The translations under genes were made by a program, and so were the position numbers. The notes under the pieces were generated by a model. The model was not told the DNA's origin. It made no database searches and saw nothing but the letters and a program-made list of their open reading frames with translations. DNA of 63,640 nt, filler included, from Collodictyon triciliatum (lineage: Eukaryota), in assembly GCA_043381765.1 (NCBI GenBank). It is 5 parts of 5 records of this genome, joined end to end, with 100 filler letters (N's around TTAATTAATTAA, not from the genome) between each part and the next. Parts side by side here need not be neighbours in the genome. Positions count along the whole stretch, not along the records: positions 52,243 to 63,640 come from JBHJMP010000509.1; 4 more parts are not named here. The stretch is one strand, 5' to 3'. Below are positions 55,349-63,640 of the stretch, in pieces; the stretch's first letter is position 1; each line of letters begins with the position of its first letter.

Positions 55349-58300
55349 ATGGAGAAGCCAGCAACTCCGTTGGAAGTGCAAATCAAGTTCTCTGCGGCAG
55401 CAGAATCGCCCAGCGAAGCCTCTGCCTCTGCAACTTCAGCTTCTTCTGCTTCAGTCACTACAACCGTGATTCCTGTGCACACACAGACAACCAGTCAAAG
55501 TGTGCCACGCGCATCTTCGGCAAAGAAGGACTCTCGCCGATCAAACCAGACCAGCCGAACATCCAGTTCGCGCGGGAACCAAGTAACGAAGCACAGCAAT
55601 CTCTCTTGCAATACTTACAAGAAGTCAAACAGTCATATGCTTTATTTTTTTTTTTAATTTTTAGTTTGTGAAGCTATCCTTTTCTCTCAATACAGCGAAG
55701 GGACACGGACGACTGAGATATTAATCTCACTTATCAATTATCACGAAAGCTCAAAATCTCTTCTTTTTTTCTTCTCTCCTTCGAAGGGTGTGTCTGGTAC
55801 AAGTTGGCCTAGTTTGAAGGACTCTGTCAAGATTACGGTGGTGAACACAAGCGCAGATCCCTCGGCCAGCACAACCACAACATTCACAACAACGCTTCAC
55901 TCAAAAAAGGAGTCTTCACAATCCGCCGAGACACAGAAAGCAGAGCAGAAAAAGGCTGCTGGAAAATCCAAAAAGAAAAGTGCGACATTATTTCTATTTT
56001 TATTTTTGTAGTGCGCACATTGCCATCCACTGAATTGTTTCAAAAATCATGCTTGTTTGGACCAGTGTGAAAAATCATGGATGATACCAAAAGAGAAGAT
56101 GCCATATACGCCGGGAAAAATTAGCCAATTACAAACATTTCTGTGTGGTTGTAGACTGGATTCCCATCACAGACATTCCTGTTCGCGTTGAAAGCTCCGA
56201 TGCGCAGAGGCGAGACAGAAACCGCCGATTGAAGCAGGACGGGAATCAAAGTGCGAACGCAAATGCGGCTATCGGAGAAAGACGGAATCACAGCCGTTCA
56301 AAGAACCGTGGACATCGAAACAGAGATGCCGATCAGCAAGGTCTGTTAATCAGGGGTTTCTTTGTTTTATTTCATACAACAATAAATGATAACGATTATT
56401 ATCGATTCTTATTCCCTACCAGAAATTAAGGCGTTAATTGTGCGAATTTGTACGGCAATCAAGATTGAATACTATAAAAGTCAAATCACAAAACCAACAA
56501 CATTCGTTCGTTTCATTATTAGCTGAAGCAGTTGCATCTACTTACTTCTACAACCCAAACATCCCACACGACATACTTCCCAATTTCGTCGATAGACAAT
56601 TGTATGTAGTTTTTTTTTCTTTCAATAAAATATGTATTGTGCGTGTCGCATTCTAAAAGAAAAAAGCCCACCAACACCAATAATACCAAAAAAAAAAAAA
56701 GCCGCATTTTTTTTTTCAGTGAGGTGTAATTTACCTGCTAATAGTATTTAATCCGCTTTTAAACCAGGCATTACTACTTCAGTATTGAAAATCTCTGCCA
56801 TGATTCCTACCTTCGCTCATTTATGGATGACGATGGCTTTGTCCCTCTAGGCCTCGTAGCCAACTTCAATAAGATGCTGCAGCTCACAAATGACATTGAG
56901 TTAATCACAGCAATCGCCTCAAACTCTGAAATTATTGAATACAGAGACAGCTTCGTCCGATTACGCTCAGATTACGGCCCATGGATTCTCCCAGCCGAGG
57001 TTTACCTGATTCACCCTTTTCGAAGCTCACCAAATGGACCTATGTTTCCTCCTAGAAAACAAAAGAAAACAAAACAGCTTATTCACCCTTCTAATCCTTT
57101 GTTTATTCACAATAGCAACGCCGCACATACGAGCCACCCGCACCTGAATACACAGAAACGTCCCAAGGAGAAGCCAACGCATTTATCCCAACCGAGGGGG
57201 ATGAAACCACACCTACCATCGATGCCTCTCAAGTGGACGATGCTCTCCTACAAAACATCATCGGTTCACTTGTGAACCCGACTGATTCTGGGGATAACCA
57301 GACCGACAGTGAACTCAATAGTGGCCCAAGCGTCAATGCCGCTGATGTTTTCGCCCAGCTGACAAATGAGGACCGCTTCATACAAGAGATTGAAAATCAG
57401 CGCAATGCCGTTGACTCGACACAAGATGCCCTTGCAGAGGGCGACTCGGCCCTGGTTGATTCGATCGGTTCGCATGCAATCATTCTTGGAAACGAGGATG
57501 AGTCTGGTGCAAAGCCAGACGAGGACGAGGAAGAGGAAGAAGAAGTGGAGGGAGACGATGCTGACTCAGAGCGTCTTTTGAGGAAGCTAAAAATCGTCAC
57601 TCCGAGTAGACAAAAGCGCCCTGAACGCGGGGAAAGCCAGCGCTCAGATGGACGTGTCTCGATCGATAGGCAGCTTGCAAATGTAATCAACGATGGACTT
57701 CGTTATTATGAGGCAGAGCTTCAAGACCACAAGTATGTCCATACCATTTAATTTAACTAATCAACGCACGCGCATATGATAATAGATATTGCTTTTTTTA
57801 TTTATGAATTTCAGTTGTTGTTATTGATTAAATAGTTCGCCTTTTGGAATCGATTTTCATCGCATCTACTTAAAATTGGAATAAAACAGGCCTCAGAGGA
57901 GACCTCTCTCAAGTTCGCAAGGCTCCTATGAAAATAGCCACCTTCAGCGTGGATACGAACGAAAGCCTGTTTTCAAAACCCCTCAGACAGCACCACGCTT
58001 CTTCCCAAAGTAATCTTACAACCAACATATGCATCCATTCGCACGGTTGTTAAAAAGGCATACTTAGTTTAAGCATATGAGGGTAATTGTTTATAAAATG
58101 CACCACCACAATTACAGCGATTCAAAAAGCCACAGCCGAGGAGTCGATACCACTCCCGCGATTGGTTGGTATCTGGGCCCCAGTGTGGAAAATACACCAA
58201 GCACAACGCCTGTAGGAAGGTACGCTCATATCATCTTACCAGTAGTAATCCTTTTTTAAAATTAATATGAAGCCAAAATTATAGCTTTTTTTCTTTATTG

Positions 58301-59026
58301 ACGGAGTTCTTGTGATTTTCTGTATCTATGTGCACGTAGTCTTGAATCTGCAGGGTACATCTCCACTGCTGAGCGCGAGGCTGAGGCTTTGAGCCGCTCC
58401 TTGTCTTCGCATGGTGTTTCTGGCTCGTCTCTCGGAACCAGCGCCCAGCCAATACAAGCCTTCCATCATCCGTGTTATGAACTTCTCGAAGATAACGGAT
58501 TTGTTCAACAAAAATATCAAAAGTATCACGACCGTTGCTTGAGAGGCAAGATGATTACTCTTCTCTTATCCAAAACTCCATCCATTCGTTATGATTGTCA
58601 CAAGGAGCACTTATATATCTATGAATGCTTAATGCTGCTCAGATGACTCATTCAGACTAAGTTTAGAGTCGTGCAAGCCTAATTTCCAATTTTATGGGCT
58701 ATTATGCAGACCGCAAGAAAACAGGCCCTGGTAACTCAAGAGACATGAACACACTGTTCCGATTCTGGTCCCACTTCCTTCGCACAACTTTCGTGTCCAA
58801 ATTCTATGAAGAATTCAAGGTTTTTTTTTCTCTGTCGCTTTTGTAAACGATTCCTGTGCTCATGTTTTCAATAGTTCGATTTTACGGACCTTTATCTCAT
58901 TTAAATTCGTTTATATTTTTCTTTTTAACAACAATAACAATAAAAACAAAAAACATGATCAAATAGACTCTTGCAATCGAGGACGCCCAAGCTGGGTTTC
59001 GGTACGGACTTGAATGCCTTTTCCGA
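55349..59026 (+). CDS. LARP1: La-related protein 1 (La motif plus DM15 domain), multi-exon, 3' end in the gap
   Basis: La motif: YYFSIENLCHDSYLRSFMDDDGFVPLGLVANFNKM. Central INDGLRYYE motif. DM15: HPCYELLEDNGFVQQKYQKYHDRCLRDRKKTGPGNSRDMNTLFRFWSHFLR...[25 protein letters not shown]. Confidence 0.95.
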
Positions 59027-59600
59027 NNNNNNNNNNNNNNNNNNNNNNNNNNNNNNNNNNNNNNNNNNNNNNNNNNNNNNNNNNNNNNNNNNNNNNNNNN
59101 NNNNNNNNNNNNNNNNNNNNNNNNNNNNNNNNNNNNNNNNNNNNNNNNNNNNNNNNNNNNNNNNNNNNNNNNNNNNNNNNNNNNNNNNNNNNNNNNNNNN
59201 NNNNNNNNNNNNNNNNNNNNNNNNNNNNNNNNNNNNNNNNNNNNNNNNNNNNNNNNNNNNNNNNNNNNNNNNNNNNNNNNNNNNNNNNNNNNNNNNNNNN
59301 NNNNNNNNNNNNNNNNNNNNNNNNNNNNNNNNNNNNNNNNNNNNNNNNNNNNNNNNNNNNNNNNNNNNNNNNNNNNNNNNNNNNNNNNNNNNNNNNNNNN
59401 NNNNNNNNNNNNNNNNNNNNNNNNNNNNNNNNNNNNNNNNNNNNNNNNNNNNNNNNNNNNNNNNNNNNNNNNNNNNNNNNNNNNNNNNNNNNNNNNNNNN
59501 NNNNNNNNNNNNNNNNNNNNNNNNNNNNNNNNNNNNNNNNNNNNNNNNNNNNNNNNNNNNNNNNAGAATGTCATACCATTCAGGTCAGTTGCGTTGCTAG

Positions 59601-61339
59601 GGAGTAAAAAGGACTCTGTGAACTACACAACTGCTGATATCATGAAGGAAGCAATTAGAATATTCGAAATGATGCCAAATTCCTGTTTTCATCCCATCAA
59701 CATTGTATGAGTTTCAGCATTCATGTCTCCATATTTTCTTCCTGCAGATTTCCTCCCGCTTTTTTCTGAATCTATCGGGTGTTTAAATATTCATATTTTT
59801 ATTTTGAATGCAATAGTATGCCAAAAGGTGGTATAGTCGACATGACTCATGTGCACTCAAATTTGATAGGATTCGATTTGTTTTGATTTATATATAAATT
59901 TAGGATGAGACTGCTCGTGAATATGAACCTCGGGTTTATGATACATCTGGTGTCGATATTGGCTTCATCAGTGACTTGACAGAAATCATTGCCGAACATG
60001 TGCATGACCATTGGTCCCTATCCAAGATGGAAGATGGGTGGAGGTTTGGGAATTTTGCAAATTTAATTATTATTTTTTTTTACACTGGTTGATCACTTAT
60101 TTATTTTCCCTTTGAAATCATGGTGGATATTAGAATTCATTTTATACTTTTAATACAAAGTAAGTTGAGACGTTCGAGAAATTTAAAATTGGAGGCACAA
60201 TACTCATTGTACTTTTTTTTTTTATTAGCTATAATCCAGTTCGAGATAATACAAAGAAGCATCACCCGGCACTCATACCTTATAAAGACCTTTCTGAGAA
60301 CGAGAAGAGCTACGACAAAAACATGGCCAATCAAGTTCTTCTTTTCCCCATTTATATTAACTTTCGAATATTTGATGGAATCTGTTAAATGTACCACAAT
60401 TCTTCCAAAATATTATGAATTTTGTTTACTCTTCACATTCCTCCTTTGATTGTTTTCGTCAAAATATACTCTGATTATGATACCCTTTCAGAGTATAAAA
60501 CTGATTATCACGCTCGGGTACACCATCGTCAGAACAGGCATAGTTCATGAGAAGAGAAAAACATATTCACAATACAATGTAAATCCTCGAACATGTCCAT
60601 TCATTTCCTCTGGAAATAATTAAATGTTAAAATTCTACGATAAAATTTTTCTGATACACACAAACATTCTACATATCCGAATAACACACCTCGTTTCTGA
60701 TCGCAATCACTACATATTGGCTAATCCCCACAATTTTCAGTCTCGTCTTGGTCGGGGTTACGAGATAAATGTAGCAGACACACAATCAATTATTCTTGAC
60801 GATGGTATTCTTGAGCTTAGTGACATTATAGCAGAAAACGCACACAACGAGTGGGCACAGGTCTTTACGAGAAGCATATTGTTATGCAACATTTTTTTGC
60901 ACTGCCTTTTTTAAAAAATCGAAAACGCAAATAATGATAATAATACTAATTGAAGCAAAGATTAAGTGCTTGAATTTCGGCACCTGCGACCAGCTTTACG
61001 CCTAGCTCTGACAAATACTCCCTCGCATACTTATGTTATTCTGAATCCTTTATCAACCCTTACATCTGCCTTACACGACAAACCTGCGAATCACTGTCAA
61101 TTGTTGATTCATCATAGAAACGCATCCAAGAAGGTCTTCGCTACGGTCCGAAAACATCCACAGACGCAACCACGTCGCCTTATCTGATTCCGTACTTCAT
61201 GATGGACAAGGAAGACCGGGCACAAGACCAGCGAACAGCTTTGGAGACTCTCCGTGTCATCACATACTATGGCTACCAAATCATGAAGCCGGAGAAAATC
61301 TCCTTTCTGGAGCGGATGCGACGTCGCTACTTGCCATGA
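59601..61339 (+). CDS. Protein ending in a tandem pair of RyR repeats (PF02026-like); exons at about 59601-59704, 59904-60042, 60228-60334, 60492-60577, 60741-60860, 61118-61339; 5' end in the gap
   Basis: Repeat 1: YEPRVYDTSGVDI...LTEIIAEHVHDHWSLSKMEDGWSYNPVRDNTKKHHPALIPYKDLSENEKSYDKNMANQSIKLIITLGYTI. Repeat 2: LSDIIAENAHNEWAQKRIQEGLRYG...SPYLIPY...DQRTALETLRVITYYGYQI. Stop TGA at 61337-61339. Confidence 0.88.
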
Positions 61340-61793
61340 AAGGTTTGTATAAACACATTTTCGCCACCTGCCAGCCGCATGTCTCTGTATCCAGCAGTCT
61401 TTCTCATTTCATTTGTTTGTGAATAGTATCTTGCAAGAGAAGAGGGACTTGCAGGCGACCAAGTGTACATACAATGCAGTGCAGATTTTTGAATATTTCA
61501 GAAATATGTCATATATATACATATATATCATCTCTTAATCTTGCATTGAACCATCTAACAATCCCGCACAAGTGCAAGAATAATTGATTGGCGAAAAGAA
61601 TACGCAGATAAATAATGAACCAGATGTTGCTTGTGTTGGTATTGATGACAGCCTCTTTGCTAACCTCAATATGCATCAACAAGCAACAAACGATAAAACG
61701 AATGAAACATATTGAATGGCCATCTCGTGCGTTCCTTTTTCATCACTGCGTTCAAAACCATATTCCACATCCAACCACAAAAGAAACCTGAGT

Positions 61794-61874
<81 letters not shown>

Positions 61875-62029
61875 GATTGCACCACGTGTATGGATATGTA
61901 TAAAAGATTAATATAATGTAAAACACTTGAATATTTTAGTCACTTAAAGTGCGGAGAAACAACAGAAAGGGAAGCACAAAGACTGCACAAACAACAGAGC
62001 CAAAAGAAACGGCAAGAGGGCTGCGGTAA

Positions 62030-63110
62030 TCAGCGCGGGTGAATCAGGGTCAGGGTCGTGGCAGGCACCTCCGAACGAATCAGATGCGGGCGCTGACTCG
62101 GCTGCGGCGGAGTTCGCACAAGCGGCTTCAAGTCCGCAGGCGACTTTGCAGGATGCTCCCAGGCATCATTGTGCATGGACTGTGTGGATGTTTGCATCAC
62201 TCTGTAGTAGTTGTCTGCTCTCGGATCAGTTGTGATGGGCGATTGAGCCTTGATGGGCGGAAGCTGCGAGGCGGTCTTTTGTGGCGACACAGGCGATGCG
62301 TTGGAGGCCTGCGGCAAGGAATGCGGGCTGTTGAAAGGGAAGCGCTCGGTGGTTTCGTGGTTGAAGGGCTCATGCGGCTGGGTGGGTTTGTGGGGTGATT
62401 CATTATGAGTACAGTTGGTTCAGTTTGAGGGAAAAATATTGCATTAAGTATCGATGAATATCTTCCATTTCTTTTCTTCTTTTCTTCTCTGGAGATATTC
62501 TAATCTCTCGTTTAATTTTTTCTCTTTTTTTTTTCTTTTGATGCTTGGAGAGCAAAATATTGCCGCTGGCGATATCGGCTGTGTTGGATGAAAGGAAAAG
62601 GGTTGCTACCGGATAGTCTATGGAAGGGATGATGTGGCCTTGGCGGCGCATCGGCGGATCGCTGCTTTGCGTGCGGCTTCGTGGAGAAACGCGGCCGAGT
62701 TGGTCCTCTTGCAGGGTGGTGTGTCCGCGGTAGCCTGTGAACGGGCCTCTCGAGATATCGCTAAGCTCGCCTAGAGAAAGGATTTTGTTTTGTTTTGTTT
62801 TGTTTTACTTAATCATCACCATCAAAATTATTATTTCGATTCCAGGTTGTTTTTATATATATCTGAGTTTCCTTTGTTACGTAGCTATCTTTTATATGTT
62901 TTGTGGATTGTTTTAAACGGGTTTTTTTTCCTTTCGCACTGAAACAATATCGTGTATGGAATTAACTGTATGATGTTCTTTTGATTGAGTATGTTTTCTG
63001 CTCCTGTTTTACTTAATGATTTCTTTGTGTTACGCTTTGTTTTCTTCGAGTGTGTGTTTTTTTTGGTGAGTTTCAGGGACTCAGCGAAGGCCGCACTCGC
63101 CTCGATGGCT
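62030..63110 (-). CDS. Low-complexity P/S/T/R-rich hypothetical protein, exon structure uncertain
   Basis: GC-rich blocks at about 62030-62420, 62610-62770 and 63080-63200 are separated by AT-rich intron-like DNA. I recognise no family. Confidence 0.3.
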
Positions 63111-63544
63111 GCATCCGTGTCTGATCAGATTGTGGGACGTTCCTGTTCCTCGGCCGGTGCGCCACAAGTCTCGTCCCGTCCCGTCCGGGAAGTTGTATGT
63201 CATGTGATGCGCCATAGGCTTTGCTTACAAAGAACAGGTCTCTATTTCTTGTTTTCGTGAATAAAAGGGAGACGGATGTGGTTTTGCGTTTGTTTCTCTT
63301 CCTTTTTCTTTTTTTCTTTCTGATTATCGTTTTGTTTATTATTAATTATTATATTAAAAAATACATGCTCGATTCTTCGCGAATTCAAGCGCTGGAAAAG
63401 AAAAACCAACTATAGCGCGATGTTTTTGCAAGAATTGAGCAAAGGAGAAATGGTCATGCTGCTCTCCATAACAGAAAGGCAGTTGTACTTTTTTTGTTTT
63501 TGTTCTTGTTTTTGTTTCTGTCTTTGCTTTTGTTTTTTTGTTAT

Positions 63545-63640
63545 TTTTTTTTGTTTTTGTTTTTGTTTTTGTTTTTGTTTTTGTTTTTGTTTTTGTTTTT
63601 GTTTTTGTTTTTGTTTTTGTTTTTGTTTTTGTTTTTGTTT
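63545..63640. repeat. (TTTTTG)n tandem repeat at the window end
   Basis: Read directly from the sequence. Confidence 0.9.

Noticed and set aside
62700-63215. Minus-strand peptides YNFPDGTGRD and FTGYRGH, reminiscent of ciliary microtubule-inner-protein motifs
   Set aside because: They are single short matches that I could not splice into one frame (the first ends at an in-frame TGA), so the support is insufficient.

Overview
This is a eukaryotic draft assembly, not a prokaryotic one. It is intron-rich (GT-AG, with at least one well-supported GC-AG intron) and full of microsatellites. Five unrelated scaffolds (1-6623, 6724-21049, 21150-44262, 44363-52142, 52243-63640) are joined by artificial N44-TTAATTAATTAA-N44 spacers, so gene neighbourhoods across those spacers mean nothing. 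The ORF track is heavily fragmented by introns, so I spliced the gene models by eye. Housekeeping genes: proteasome beta7 (PSMB4), RPS9/uS4, LARP1, a DGK1-type CTP-dependent lipid kinase, a PTGR/CurA-type oxidoreductase, an IQGAP/GAPA-like RasGAP and a RING protein. Two large cell-surface proteins stand out, both carrying modules best known from prokaryotic carbohydrate systems. (1) A roughly 15 kb multi-exon receptor: signal peptide, about six tandem glucodextranase-C/amylopullulanase DOMON-like domains, a TM helix, a non-RD TKL kinase, a degenerate class III cyclase and an RD TKL kinase. It is a candidate glycan-sensing receptor. (2) A protein of more than 3,700 aa with a 10.2 kb exon. It contains a TMEM132-like cohesin/Ig block, a tandem cohesin-dockerin pair, about 8 IPT/TIG repeats, a PKD/REJ module and a non-cleavable GPS-like motif, joined by microsatellite-encoded SE/SQ linkers. 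Also present: a catalytically dead archaemetzincin, a PH-DUF4062-NACHT STAND protein, a protein ending in a RyR-repeat pair and a decayed LINE ORF1. The kinase-cyclase-kinase layout suggests an amoebozoan-like host (inference only). All family calls come from recognising motifs by eye; no searches were run.
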